From a phage: a stretch of 64,000 bases of DNA. The stretch lies in the sequence record PZ027503.1, one strand, 5' to 3'. The translations under genes and the position numbers were made by a program. The notes beneath the pieces are model-generated. The model had not been told where the DNA came from. It searched no databases and was given only the letters and a program-made list of their open reading frames with translations. Of this stretch, positions 8,473 through 17,801 are shown piece after piece; positions within the stretch are counted from its first letter, which is position 1; the number at the start of each line of letters is the position of its first letter.

Positions 8473-9144
8473 CTATTTAATGTTAAGTCTGGCACACAAA
8501 CGAGAAACAGTTTTAGCATCCCATTTACCACCACGTGCTGTTGCTATTTTCTTACTGTTGAATTTTTCAGCAATAGTTTTGTAAGGTGTATTTAAATCTC
8601 TAAGGATCTCCAAACGTTCACGGAATGTCTCTGCAAAAGCATCTGCTTTAACAGAGTTGTATTCCATTTTTCCTTTTCTACGCGCAGCGGCAGTTTTAGG
8701 ATTAGCACTGCCTAATAAAACACCTTTGCTTTTTGCTACAGCAAGACCCTTTTTAATACGATCAGCAATACCTCTAACCTCTTGTTCAGCCAGAACAGAC
8801 AGAAGCTGTATAACCATTTTATCTGCATCTGGCATAATGGCTATCTTAACATCAATCATTTCTAGAAGAGTTGCTACGGAGGCGTTGTTACGACCCAAGC
8901 GGTCAACTTTAGCTACCAATAAAGTTGCTCCGGTAGCTTTACACATTTCAACCGCTTTAACCAGTTCCTTACGTTGCTTCCAATCGCCCTTACCCGAATA
9001 GTATTCAGAAAATTGACCAATAACTTCCGCATCAGGCACAGAGTCTAAGAAGTAACGGATATCGTTCTCTTGGCTCTCCATACCATATTGTGCCTCGCCT
9101 TTTTTCTGTTTAGAAAGACGACTGTAAACAACAAACTTTTTCAT
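8473..9144 (-). CDS. serine recombinase (resolvase/invertase family)
   Basis: VYSRLSKQ catalytic-Ser motif, VAKVDRLGRN motif, C-terminal HTH-like segment; AGGAG RBS; sigma70-like promoter upstream. Confidence 0.75.
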   Translation of the reverse strand: MKKFVVYSRLSKQKKGEAQYGMESQENDIRYFLDSVPDAEVIGQFSEYYSGKGDWKQRKELVKAVEMCKATGATLLVAKVDRLGRNNASVATLLEMIDVKIAIMPDADKMVIQLLSVLAEQEVRGIADRIKKGLAVAKSKGVLLGSANPKTAAARRKGKMEYNSVKADAFAETFRERLEILRDLNTPYKTIAEKFNSKKIATARGGKWDAKTVSRLCARLNIK

Positions 9145-9214
9145 AACCACTCCTAAACCATTGCTGTATTCTCACTTTACAAAATGAATAAACACTTGTC
9201 AAGGTATTTATTAT

Positions 9215-9427
9215 TTACAGCCATTCTACTCTTAAGCAGTATTCCTCGACATGTTGTTTACGCTTGTTTTTGTCTATGTAAGTGTATTCAACAAATGTCC
9301 CAAGATAGTCCTTGTCTACATTGTGTGGGCTATTGATTGGACATTTAGTACGACAAACCCGTTGCCACTGACGAAGAATTACGGCTTTGTTTTTAGGATC
9401 AAACGGATGAGGGTAATATACCTTCAT
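9215..9427 (-). CDS. hypothetical protein (70 aa)
   Basis: ORF track. Confidence 0.5.
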   Translation of the reverse strand: MKVYYPHPFDPKNKAVILRQWQRVCRTKCPINSPHNVDKDYLGTFVEYTYIDKNKRKQHVEEYCLRVEWL

Positions 9428-9751
9428 TCACGCCCCCTGTTTTAGTCGAAAAATATTTTGAATAACTAGAGATGTATAGTTATCACCTAGTCCCATAAGT
9501 TCTACTTCCAAGTTTCGAATATCTTCCACCGTAGGAGGATATGTTGGTAAAAATGCTTGAGCATTGCCAGATCCAACCTCATTGCTGTAAGCAGTTGTAA
9601 AATTGTAAGATACAAAACATGAAACACCTTTTTGTCGGTACCCGATTAATCGACGAATACACCAGATAAGAGCCAAACCTATGAGAACACCTCCTAAACC
9701 AGCTAACAAGAAGGATAAGTTCATAATAGCTTCGTTAACAACTGCTTGCAT
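9428..9751 (-). CDS. membrane protein (107 aa)
   Basis: ORF track; N-terminal TM helix. Confidence 0.5.
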   Translation of the reverse strand: MQAVVNEAIMNLSFLLAGLGGVLIGLALIWCIRRLIGYRQKGVSCFVSYNFTTAYSNEVGSGNAQAFLPTYPPTVEDIRNLEVELMGLGDNYTSLVIQNIFRLKQGA

Positions 9752-9761
9752 TCTTTTCTCC

Positions 9762-10061
9762 TTAGTTATGTAAACCCAAATGTGCTACAACTTCTCTACG
9801 ATAAGATAACTGCATAGCGATTTTATAGCCAGGATGAAAACCATTTACATCAATGTCATCAAACCAAACCTCAAACGAACCGTGCTTAAGAGTCATTAAG
9901 TTGATATACCATTCGATAGTATAATGATCGTCAGCAATACCTTCGATGTAAAACTCTCGGCAACAATGAGATAAATCTTCACTTGTTTCACGTTTCCAGT
10001 CTTTGATAGCACCCTTCTCTTTAGCTTTATTCAGAATGTGGATCAGGTCTTCAACTTGCAT
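9762..10061 (-). CDS. hypothetical protein (99 aa)
   Basis: ORF track. Confidence 0.55.
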   Translation of the reverse strand: MQVEDLIHILNKAKEKGAIKDWKRETSEDLSHCCREFYIEGIADDHYTIEWYINLMTLKHGSFEVWFDDIDVNGFHPGYKIAMQLSYRREVVAHLGLHN

Positions 10062-10113
10062 ATTCTCTCCTTTGTGGTTAATCTTTATATTTTAAATATT
10101 GTACCGTCTTCTG

Positions 10114-10527
10114 TCAAATAGTCTCTTTCTCTAAAACAACTCTTTGGATCACAACATCTTCAATGTTTGCCAAACAATGACCCAAAGTCAATCCCGCCTT
10201 GAAAGGTGCTTGTAGTTTGGATTCGGCTTCTACGCGAACAGAATGTTCCGCTCCGCACATGGTGTAATCTACACGGTAAACGTTTAAACCTAAGAACATA
10301 GATTCTTCTTCCTCACAACAAGGATGAAGTTCAGCCCAGTCCCAAGCATCTCCTTCTAAAGCAAATGGAGTATTGTAATTGAAGAAAGTGCAGCGCGGAT
10401 ATTCCCCGTTGAAAGAATCTTTCAGCAGAATATATTTCTTACCGTTTGCATGGAAGAGTTCTCCTTTGATAACTTTACCTACAAGGATATCACTGTTAGT
10501 GGAACGGGTGCAAATAAACTTTTTCAT
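10114..10527 (-). CDS. hypothetical protein (137 aa)
   Basis: ORF track. Confidence 0.55.
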   Translation of the reverse strand: MKKFICTRSTNSDILVGKVIKGELFHANGKKYILLKDSFNGEYPRCTFFNYNTPFALEGDAWDWAELHPCCEEEESMFLGLNVYRVDYTMCGAEHSVRVEAESKLQAPFKAGLTLGHCLANIEDVVIQRVVLEKETI

Positions 10528-10581
10528 GATTTTCTCCTCTCTGTTTCGATGAGATGATTATGACAAAGACAGATCCTTCTG

Positions 10582-10908
10582 TCAACCAATTATTTCTTCT
10601 GCTACACGTTCTTTTACCCAGTTCACACGATCCACATTCAAATGACAACGGCCTTTTTCCGCTTCTAAGGTGTACTTTCCAAAATTACTGTTGAAAGGCA
10701 ACACCATAACCAAACCTTTGAGGTAGAACTGCTCATGCATTTCATCCAGTACAGGTTCGTATCGTTCGCTTTCTCCTATGTCGTAAAAATCATAGAGGTT
10801 CGTGCACAAACCTGTGCAACGGGTGAACGGTTCACCTTCAGGAGCACCAGCTTCCAACCATGCCAAATACGTGCGGTAAAATGTTAATAGCTCTTCGCTC
10901 ATTTCCAC
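10582..10908 (-). CDS. paralog family A member
   Basis: ORF track; FYRTYLAWL, GLC, VDRVNWVKERV motifs. Confidence 0.6.
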   Translation of the reverse strand: MEMSEELLTFYRTYLAWLEAGAPEGEPFTRCTGLCTNLYDFYDIGESERYEPVLDEMHEQFYLKGLVMVLPFNSNFGKYTLEAEKGRCHLNVDRVNWVKERVAEEIIG

Positions 10909-11111
10909 TCTCCTTCGTGATAGTAAACCTCAAAAGAATAGTAAGTGAACATGCTCATTGTAACACCTGCCATTTCTGGATCAAAGGGGGTGTTGTTATA
11001 CATGTCAACTACTGCCTGACCCGCTGCTTTGGCATGTGCTGCTGAATCACAGGCACAAACATCTTTCTCCCACGGAAACTTGCCATCATACTTAAGACGG
11101 ACAATCCACAT
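10899..11111 (-). CDS. hypothetical protein (70 aa)
   Basis: ORF track. Confidence 0.5.
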   Translation of the reverse strand: MWIVRLKYDGKFPWEKDVCACDSAAHAKAAGQAVVDMYNNTPFDPEMAGVTMSMFTYYSFEVYYHEGEWK

Positions 11112-11113
11112 GC

Positions 11114-11341
11114 TTATTCCTCCATCTCAAACCATTCAGGGAACACTTTATGGAAGACACGGGTTGTTTCCAAAAGGAATTCCAATTCTTTTTCCAGATC
11201 TGCGTTCCAATCGTGCACTTTAACATTGATTGCCAATGCACTTGCACGGCGACTCAATTCTTGACAGATTGGATCACGCAGAACTATTGAGTCATAAAAC
11301 TGACAAACAGCCTCAAGTTCATACCAGTTATAATCCGACAT
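11114..11341 (-). CDS. hypothetical protein (75 aa)
   Basis: ORF track. Confidence 0.5.
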   Translation of the reverse strand: MSDYNWYELEAVCQFYDSIVLRDPICQELSRRASALAINVKVHDWNADLEKELEFLLETTRVFHKVFPEWFEMEE

Positions 11342-11667
11342 TATTCATCCTCCTCTGCAATACGATCTCTTACCCAATTAATCCTGTCCACGTTCAGGTG
11401 ACATACCTCTGCATCTGATTCTAAGACATATGCATCGTAGTTCTCATTGAAAGGGAGTTCTTGACTCAACCCTTTGTGGTAAAACTGTGAGTGCATTTCA
11501 TCTGACAAGGTTGTTATAAGAGGATTGTAGCCATCCGCGTGCACATAGTCGAATAAGTTGGCACACAAACCGCAATCCCGCCGAAAAGGTTTACCATCAG
11601 GAGCACCAACATCAATCCACGCTAGATAAATTTTATAAAACTCCATCAACCTTGCACTTGTTTTCAT
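11341..11667 (-). CDS. paralog family A member
   Basis: ORF track; FYKIYLAWI, GLC, VDRINWVRDRI motifs; GAGGTGG RBS. Confidence 0.6.
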   Translation of the reverse strand: MKTSARLMEFYKIYLAWIDVGAPDGKPFRRDCGLCANLFDYVHADGYNPLITTLSDEMHSQFYHKGLSQELPFNENYDAYVLESDAEVCHLNVDRINWVRDRIAEEDE

Positions 11668-11905
11668 TTAGCCACCTCGTTAGTTTTTCTTGCTCTTTGT
11701 TTGCGCGTTCTAAGCTTCTGAACTTTAAACAGAGGGAACGAGAATCCCTACCCATGCACAAGCTTTCATCTAAGCTGTGCTCCCCAACCAACCAAAGAGA
11801 GTATGTTTGAACATCTAACCCATAGTTTCTGTCTTTCCATAATCTCACCCCAAGAACATCAAAAGGCGCTTCCGCGACTAAAGAAAGAAACCGATCTTTA
11901 TTCAT
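11633..11905 (-). CDS. hypothetical protein (90 aa)
   Basis: ORF track; 35-nt overlap with downstream gene. Confidence 0.45.
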   Translation of the reverse strand: MNKDRFLSLVAEAPFDVLGVRLWKDRNYGLDVQTYSLWLVGEHSLDESLCMGRDSRSLCLKFRSLERANKEQEKLTRWLNENKCKVDGVL

Positions 11906-11967
11906 ATTACACCACCTTGCTCACGTTGATAATGTATGTATACCATACATAAAATAAATGTCAAGGC

Positions 11968-12168
11968 TTATCGACACAGATAGTTGTAACGATCTGCTTT
12001 ATCCTCTGCTTCAGCAAAGTCAGCAATCAAGGAAGTTTTGAGTTCTTCCAACTCTTTCACCCAAGAGTCGTAATCGTTCTGTGTTTCTCCAATAGTTTGG
12101 AGAAAACAATCGTCGTAGCCAATAGACATGGCTAACTCGATAATACGTTCCAGTTTTTCTTCCATCAT
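11968..12168 (-). CDS. hypothetical protein (66 aa)
   Basis: ORF track. Confidence 0.5.
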   Translation of the reverse strand: MMEEKLERIIELAMSIGYDDCFLQTIGETQNDYDSWVKELEELKTSLIADFAEAEDKADRYNYLCR

Positions 12169-12527
12169 TTCTCTCCTTCTACAGGCTTCTGTTTAACATA
12201 AAAGTAAGCACCACGAGCAAGATACAAATCATGTTCAATATCGCTCACAGGAAAACCATCTGGATTTTTAAAACCATCTTCTACAGCCAAAATGAGAGAT
12301 CGTAAACTGATAGCTAACAACTCCATTTGATCTTGTAGTTTTCTATTTTCTGCGTAAAGGTTTTTGCATTTTTGTTCTGCATTTTTCCATTGTTCTAATG
12401 CATGATCATAGCGGTGCATAAGAATAGCTTTTTCTTGTTCACGCTTAAAAGTTTCTTCGCAAATGAAACCTGTGCCTAAACCAGTTTCTTCGTCTTTGAC
12501 AAACACTTCAACAAAATCTTTAGACAT
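12165..12527 (-). CDS. hypothetical coiled-coil protein (120 aa)
   Basis: ORF track frame; start at internal ATG with AGGAGA RBS. Confidence 0.55.
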   Translation of the reverse strand: MSKDFVEVFVKDEETGLGTGFICEETFKREQEKAILMHRYDHALEQWKNAEQKCKNLYAENRKLQDQMELLAISLRSLILAVEDGFKNPDGFPVSDIEHDLYLARGAYFYVKQKPVEGEK

Positions 12528-12528
12528 A

Positions 12529-12819
12529 TTATCTCCTATTTGCTTTAGGATACTCCCAACCCTCTGGGAGATCTTCTTTACACATCCACTCAAAAGGCCA
12601 GCGACAATAACTGTGCCATTTTCCATTGAGATACAAACAATCTTCATCTACTGGTCCACAAGGGTTGATAACTACAACACACCCTTTCGCTCGCCAATAT
12701 TGAACTATTTCAGGGTAAAAACAAGAAACGTCGGTCCACTCCCAAATACGTTCATCATTCAGACGGTAGGCTGCTGGTAATGTTTCTTTCATAGTATTAA
12801 ACCTGAGCCAAGGAGTCAC
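12529..12819 (-). CDS. hypothetical protein (96 aa)
   Basis: ORF track. Confidence 0.55.
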   Translation of the reverse strand: MTPWLRFNTMKETLPAAYRLNDERIWEWTDVSCFYPEIVQYWRAKGCVVVINPCGPVDEDCLYLNGKWHSYCRWPFEWMCKEDLPEGWEYPKANRR

Positions 12820-13252
12820 GCCAATTACGGCTATCTCCTTCTCCTAAATACCAGTAATCCGCAGCATTAAAAACTTGATAAGGAATACGCCACGCATAAG
12901 CGAAATCTGGAATCTCCGGTTTATGACTGTAACCATAACGCTCGCCATTCGAATCTGTTGCAATATAATTAACAAATTCAGGAACCTCTAAAGTTTCACC
13001 TTGATACTCTACACGCTTGAAGCCATCTTCCACTTGTTCCTCCCCTTCTACCAGAAGGGCAAGAAGTTTGATGTGAGGGCAAGTGAAATCTTGTCCTGGA
13101 TAACGTGAACGGATATCAGTTAACAATGCGATCACAGCATCCGATAACTCTTTATAATCCTCATATCTTACAAATGTGCCTTCTGTCGGATCATCAGGAC
13201 ATAAACGCCAAACATCGTTGCAGTTTACAGCATAATGTCGCATTTTAGTCAT
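12797..13252 (-). CDS. hypothetical protein (151 aa)
   Basis: ORF track. Confidence 0.55.
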   Translation of the reverse strand: MTKMRHYAVNCNDVWRLCPDDPTEGTFVRYEDYKELSDAVIALLTDIRSRYPGQDFTCPHIKLLALLVEGEEQVEDGFKRVEYQGETLEVPEFVNYIATDSNGERYGYSHKPEIPDFAYAWRIPYQVFNAADYWYLGEGDSRNWRDSLAQV

Positions 13253-13262
13253 AAATACCCCC

Positions 13263-13661
13263 TTATCGTTGCGTACAATCAGCTTCTAGAGTAAGAACAT
13301 TCGTTATTGTTTTATCATTTTTTAGAAATGCAAACCAAGCCAAAGTGTCTCGATACTCTGTGCGCATCATTACTACTTCAGTAGTGCCAATAAACTGTTG
13401 TGAACCGTACATAGCACTACCATCTTTACTTTTTTCTCCTGTGTATTGCAGAATGCCACTCATCAAAGCACCACCTGAATTTTTAAGGATAAAGGAGTTA
13501 TCTTTGTTAATGACAACAGAAGCCATTTTCTTAGGACCAGAAATAACTTCACCTTTCAGATTTTTAACAACCACCTCTGACACACACTCATAAACTTGAG
13601 ACGCATTTGCTGTTCCAAGTGATGCAATGAGTAACAATAAACCTACAATGATCTTTTTCAT
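13263..13661 (-). CDS. secreted protein with signal peptide (132 aa)
   Basis: ORF track; MKKIIVGLLLLIASLGTANA. Confidence 0.6.
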   Translation of the reverse strand: MKKIIVGLLLLIASLGTANASQVYECVSEVVVKNLKGEVISGPKKMASVVINKDNSFILKNSGGALMSGILQYTGEKSKDGSAMYGSQQFIGTTEVVMMRTEYRDTLAWFAFLKNDKTITNVLTLEADCTQR

Positions 13662-13756
13662 ATAAACTCTCCTCTTTATTTACCCGACGCGCCCCTGTTG
13701 GGCGGAAAGGGTTGTACGCAAAATTTTTAGCTCCAATCGTCGGGTGTCCCGACTCC

Positions 13757-13963
13757 TTACGCTTTTAATGTTTTAACAGAATGACAAGCTTTGCAAACCA
13801 TAACCGGAACAAGTTCATCTCCATTATCCGCATAAATCACTGTTTTCTTCATTCTGCCACCACATGAACAATACTCCGTATGATCCACTGGAATATTAAA
13901 TATTCCGTAATCACTTTCATACTGTTTCTTACATATGGACACTGCTTTTGTAAAACAAGACAT
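13757..13963 (-). CDS. small zinc-ribbon-like protein (68 aa)
   Basis: ORF track; CSCGG...CKAC. Confidence 0.5.
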   Translation of the reverse strand: MSCFTKAVSICKKQYESDYGIFNIPVDHTEYCSCGGRMKKTVIYADNGDELVPVMVCKACHSVKTLKA

Positions 13964-13965
13964 AC

Positions 13966-14187
13966 CTACTCCGAAAGAACATTCACTTCATCAGAGAAAA
14001 ATACGTAATCACAACCTTCCCAAACATCTTCTTCAAACCACTCCCATCCCTCAACTTTGGACATTTCTTCTATCGTAACAAAGAATGTTGTCATGTCATC
14101 GCTAACAAGATGTGCTTCAACAACAAAAGGAATCTGAACATTCTCAAAACCAACATAACCCAATACATCGCAAACTCTAATTTTCAT
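13966..14187 (-). CDS. hypothetical protein (73 aa)
   Basis: ORF track. Confidence 0.5.
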   Translation of the reverse strand: MKIRVCDVLGYVGFENVQIPFVVEAHLVSDDMTTFFVTIEEMSKVEGWEWFEEDVWEGCDYVFFSDEVNVLSE

Positions 14188-14188
14188 A

Positions 14189-14389
14189 TTATGCTCCTTT
14201 GTAGATTATGTTGGTGCGTTCACACTCTGCCACCAGCAAGCGATTAGCAATGTTGTCCATAGGAACATCAATCTCTACGCTCCAGGCATTGATATACACT
14301 TCTTCAATCTTTGCTCCAAGCGTTTGTGCGATCAGAGCAACAGCCCCAGCATATTCAAGTTTAATCTCAATTACCATTTTGCACCTCAA
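14189..14389 (-). CDS. hypothetical protein (66 aa)
   Basis: ORF track. Confidence 0.5.
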   Translation of the reverse strand: MRCKMVIEIKLEYAGAVALIAQTLGAKIEEVYINAWSVEIDVPMDNIANRLLVAECERTNIIYKGA

Positions 14390-14391
14390 GG

Positions 14392-14592
14392 TTATTTATC
14401 TTGCTTGTATCTTACAAGGCGATCACACTCTAGGTCAAGAAATTTCTCCGCATTTCGTTCATGTTTGAGCACAATACATTGTTCTTTCCAGTCTGTAGCT
14501 CTTTGCTGCGCTGCTCCTGGGTCAAAATCCCAAAGCCATGCCGCGAAAAGAACTACCATAACAATTACTAAGAAACTAAACACTATTGGCAT
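14392..14592 (-). CDS. small membrane protein (66 aa)
   Basis: ORF track frame; start at internal ATG with AGGAGG RBS; TM helix. Confidence 0.5.
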   Translation of the reverse strand: MPIVFSFLVIVMVVLFAAWLWDFDPGAAQQRATDWKEQCIVLKHERNAEKFLDLECDRLVRYKQDK

Positions 14593-14897
14593 TGCACATC
14601 CTCCTGTGTGGCATGGTCTTTTACCCATTTTATACGGGCAGCATTCAAATGCAATAGCCCGTTTCTTTGTGCAAAATCATATTTAAACCAGTCTCCGTCA
14701 TCAAACGGGTATTCTTCAGACAATCCTGCCTCACGGAATTGCATTTGCATTTCATAATTTAGATCATCATAACCTCCAGTCCAAAGGTAGAGGCAACTAC
14801 ATAATCCTTTATCATGCCAGAAAGGATTATTATCTGGAGCACCAGCTAACAGCCAGTTATGATATGCTTGATAAAATTCTTTAAGTTCTTCTGACAT
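14583..14897 (-). CDS. paralog family A member
   Basis: ORF track; FYQAYHNWL, GLC, ARIKWVKDH motifs. Confidence 0.6.
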   Translation of the reverse strand: MSEELKEFYQAYHNWLLAGAPDNNPFWHDKGLCSCLYLWTGGYDDLNYEMQMQFREAGLSEEYPFDDGDWFKYDFAQRNGLLHLNAARIKWVKDHATQEDVQCQ

Positions 14898-15074
14898 TTA
14901 ACCTCCTGTGTACAGGGTTGAAAGATACACAGCAAACGCATTCTCGGCTGTTTTCACCTCCTCTTCAAGATCTTCACGCTCTGCTGGCGTTAATGCATTC
15001 CGCACAGCAGCGTCTGCTTCTCGGATTTTTCTTACTAAACGTGAAACATCTTTCAATTGTTGAAAAGTAGCCAT
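14898..15074 (-). CDS. small protein (58 aa)
   Basis: hand-translated MATFQQLKDVSRLVRKIREADAAV...; AGGAGA RBS. Confidence 0.4.
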   Translation of the reverse strand: MATFQQLKDVSRLVRKIREADAAVRNALTPAEREDLEEEVKTAENAFAVYLSTLYTGG

Positions 15075-15088
15075 AATTTTCTCCTGTT

Positions 15089-15448
15089 TTAGTGAGTATC
15101 ACGCCATTCGGCAATCTCTTCGGCTAAACGATCACAAGAATCGAAAGCCACTTTACCTTCACCAGGGTAGTTCCAGAAGACACCCCGTGAATCTGTAATG
15201 TTTATATGATACTTGTCCCACATCTCTTTTGCAAGTGGTCGATCAACATATCCTTCAAAATATATTTCAGTTTCTGCTGAATATGGAGTGTAATCACTGG
15301 CAGCAAAAGCATCCTGGAAGATCACCATCACGTTACGTGTTGTGCTTGGGTACATCAATTGGTGAAATTTCAACAACCTTCCGTTGATCCTAACAACATC
15401 TCCTTCAAACAAGGAGATATCTTTTACTTTACGAAATTCTCCGCTCAT
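15089..15448 (-). CDS. hypothetical protein (119 aa)
   Basis: ORF track. Confidence 0.55.
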   Translation of the reverse strand: MSGEFRKVKDISLFEGDVVRINGRLLKFHQLMYPSTTRNVMVIFQDAFAASDYTPYSAETEIYFEGYVDRPLAKEMWDKYHINITDSRGVFWNYPGEGKVAFDSCDRLAEEIAEWRDTH

Positions 15449-15457
15449 TTTACCCCC

Positions 15458-15649
15458 TTAATACACATCTCCTACAAACCAGATTTCTGGATCGCCATAC
15501 TGATCCTTCTCGTAAGATTTATAGACATTACAGCAATATTTCAAAACACCATCGACAAAGATTGTTGATCTTTCTTCTGGAATCTCTGTGATTTCACCTT
15601 TACGGGTTTCGAAGATGGTATCACCATTTTCAATTAGTCTGATTTTCAT
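15458..15649 (-). CDS. hypothetical protein (63 aa)
   Basis: ORF track. Confidence 0.5.
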   Translation of the reverse strand: MKIRLIENGDTIFETRKGEITEIPEERSTIFVDGVLKYCCNVYKSYEKDQYGDPEIWFVGDVY

Positions 15650-15848
15650 ATCGTACTTCCTTCAATGCGAGTAATGCATTCACCAGATTATCAACACCTT
15701 GATCATCCAGTGCAATAACATCAAAGTTAAACCCTGTATCAGTTGGGACTTTACGTTTTATGGTGTAATAGTCTCCTTCATGACGTTCAACATCCGCGTA
15801 TGGGTAACTGCTGTTTGGATCATGTTTTACGCGAATAGATGTTTTCAT
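15630..15848 (-). CDS. hypothetical protein (72 aa)
   Basis: ORF track. Confidence 0.5.
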   Translation of the reverse strand: MKTSIRVKHDPNSSYPYADVERHEGDYYTIKRKVPTDTGFNFDVIALDDQGVDNLVNALLALKEVRYENQTN

Positions 15849-16318
15849 GTTTTGTTCTCCTCTTTAATTGCAACACGGAACTTATTAGCTTCTCTCACCT
15901 GGTGCATGAAGTCTTTCTTCTTCATAATCCAGATGGACATTTCATCCAGTTCTTCTGGGTGAATCTGAAGATTACGGCGATCAGACAGGAACCAAGTTTT
16001 CTCCCACCAGAAGCGTTGATCCTCCTCTTCGTGATATTTATATGTCTCTTTTTCTTCTTCTGTGAGAAGTTTGAATCGGTTTTTCGCTTCGTACCTCATT
16101 GGGGTATGAAAAGGAATGCCATTATCACCATTATACACCGCAGACGTACCCAGACAATAACCAGTTTCTGCGTCGATCATTTGGTAGTGAAACTCACACT
16201 CCAGTTCAACATACTCTAAATCCCCATAAAAATCACTAATCAAGAAAGCAATGTAAGTTTCACCGTGTTCGGGAACAAATTCTTGCTTTGTCAACATCTC
16301 CAGTTTCAAACCTGCCAT
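15845..16318 (-). CDS. hypothetical protein (157 aa)
   Basis: ORF track. Confidence 0.55.
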   Translation of the reverse strand: MAGLKLEMLTKQEFVPEHGETYIAFLISDFYGDLEYVELECEFHYQMIDAETGYCLGTSAVYNGDNGIPFHTPMRYEAKNRFKLLTEEEKETYKYHEEEDQRFWWEKTWFLSDRRNLQIHPEELDEMSIWIMKKKDFMHQVREANKFRVAIKEENKT

Positions 16319-16330
16319 TGCTTTTTCCTT

Positions 16331-16582
16331 TTAGTCAAACCAGTTGTATTCAGAAGGGTAACGAGCGTAGTTTGGCTTGTACCCCAGCCTTTTCATCTTA
16401 ACAGACATACGAGTGAAGCCAAAGGTTGTTTTGCCCTTAGACATAAACTTCTTCCCACTCTTCATTGGCTTCTTAGGGTCTTTGATCGTCTGGTGTAACG
16501 CTCGCGCAAGCCATAAAGTGTATGCGCTCGGCACTTGATTAACTTTCATCTTGTTACCTTTCATCATTTCACCTCGGACCAA
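16331..16582 (-). CDS. small basic protein (83 aa)
   Basis: ORF track; K/R-rich. Confidence 0.5.
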   Translation of the reverse strand: MVRGEMMKGNKMKVNQVPSAYTLWLARALHQTIKDPKKPMKSGKKFMSKGKTTFGFTRMSVKMKRLGYKPNYARYPSEYNWFD

Positions 16583-16863
16583 TCAATAGTGATCCACTCA
16601 TATGCTCCGTTTAGGTCCATTTCTTTATAAACAACAAGCCCACGCTCACGAAGAATTGCTACTGCTTCATCCATCCACTTCACCTGATTGTAGATCTGCT
16701 CTGGGTGGGTGGGAGAATTATTCAGACCAAAATCAGATGGCGTGAAATTTCTTGAAGAGTTTCCCGCTCGTGCTTCAGCAAAACATGTCTCGATCACTTC
16801 TTCAACAGGGAAGTTGAAGGAAGCTTCTTTTGCAATACGGCGTAACTGTTCGGTCAGATTCAT
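16564..16863 (-). CDS. hypothetical protein (99 aa)
   Basis: ORF track. Confidence 0.55.
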   Translation of the reverse strand: MNLTEQLRRIAKEASFNFPVEEVIETCFAEARAGNSSRNFTPSDFGLNNSPTHPEQIYNQVKWMDEAVAILRERGLVVYKEMDLNGAYEWITIDWSEVK

Positions 16864-16890
16864 CTTATTCTCCTTTCGTTGTGCGAAACA

Positions 16891-17328
16891 TTACAGCAGA
16901 TCTAATGCTTTCAACTCTTCTTTCAATGATTCAGGCAGGTCACATTCAATGTCAATCAGAGATAACAAGTGACCAACAATGCCTTCCAGATGTTGATACT
17001 CACTATAACTTATAAATTCAGAATTGTAAACAGAAACATCCTTAGTTTCTTTCACAACTTCCCCCGCAGACACGCACATAAAAAAGTTACGCTCTCCGCG
17101 AGCTAACAATATCTCCCAACTCCTGAACGGATACTGTCCAGCTTCAATAATATCCCCGCTGTCCAATAAAGTCAATGAGCAAACAGACCCTGATTCACTA
17201 ACATCTTCGACGCGGAAACAAGACCCTTCAATCAAAGCTGCCATTTTGAAATTTTCATCAGAGATCATAGAGAAAGCTTCACATGCAGCTTTACTTTTGA
17301 AACAGTAAACAGCATTAACTTTAAACAT
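16891..17328 (-). CDS. paralog family B member
   Basis: ORF track; MFKVNAVYCF N-terminus shared with two neighbours. Confidence 0.55.
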   Translation of the reverse strand: MFKVNAVYCFKSKAACEAFSMISDENFKMAALIEGSCFRVEDVSESGSVCSLTLLDSGDIIEAGQYPFRSWEILLARGERNFFMCVSAGEVVKETKDVSVYNSEFISYSEYQHLEGIVGHLLSLIDIECDLPESLKEELKALDLL

Positions 17329-17340
17329 AACATTCCCCTT

Positions 17341-17796
17341 TTAAACAAAAGATACGCCGATGGTAGCAACAACCAAACGTTTATAAACTTCAACCTCTTC
17401 TGTAGGATTAGCCATTTTATGCTCTGCTGCTTCTTTCAAAGCTTCTTCATAACTTTCAAATCCAGAAATACAGGTGTCATCAGTCATTACAACATACCAC
17501 TCTTCTTTTGTTGTATCAACAGGTTCTTCTTGGGGTTTTCCACGACCACCACGAATACCACCGTCAACAAAATAATCTATATGAGCAGAATTGATTATGT
17601 AACGATCCCCATCACTAGCAGTGATAATACCGTCTCTCCCTATCACAACAATTGACAAGATATTACCATTTGCATCAGTGCTCAACACCTCGAAAAAATT
17701 CTCTCCAATGATAGCAGCCATACTGTTATCAAAGGTAGAATATAATTGCATATAATCTTCATCCTGGAAACGGTAGACATGACCTTCTTTGAACAT
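17341..17796 (-). CDS. paralog family B member
   Basis: ORF track; MFKEGHVYRF; C-terminal domain shared with 17802-18257. Confidence 0.55.
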   Translation of the reverse strand: MFKEGHVYRFQDEDYMQLYSTFDNSMAAIIGENFFEVLSTDANGNILSIVVIGRDGIITASDGDRYIINSAHIDYFVDGGIRGGRGKPQEEPVDTTKEEWYVVMTDDTCISGFESYEEALKEAAEHKMANPTEEVEVYKRLVVATIGVSFV

Positions 17797-17801
17797 TGGC
17801 T

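Noticed and set aside
8473-9144. Serine recombinase as evidence of an integrated prophage or transposon
   Set aside because: It is a small resolvase/invertase-type enzyme with no flanking host genes, attachment-site repeats or transposase, and sits inside a typical phage early-gene array.
14324-14686. Plus-strand ORFs of 60-145 aa inside the leftward gene arrays (also 7024-7254, 17961-18284, 18997-19434, 29383-29820, 35768-36202)
   Set aside because: They lie antisense to tightly tiled, RBS-supported leftward genes, lack RBSs and have low-complexity composition typical of shadow ORFs.
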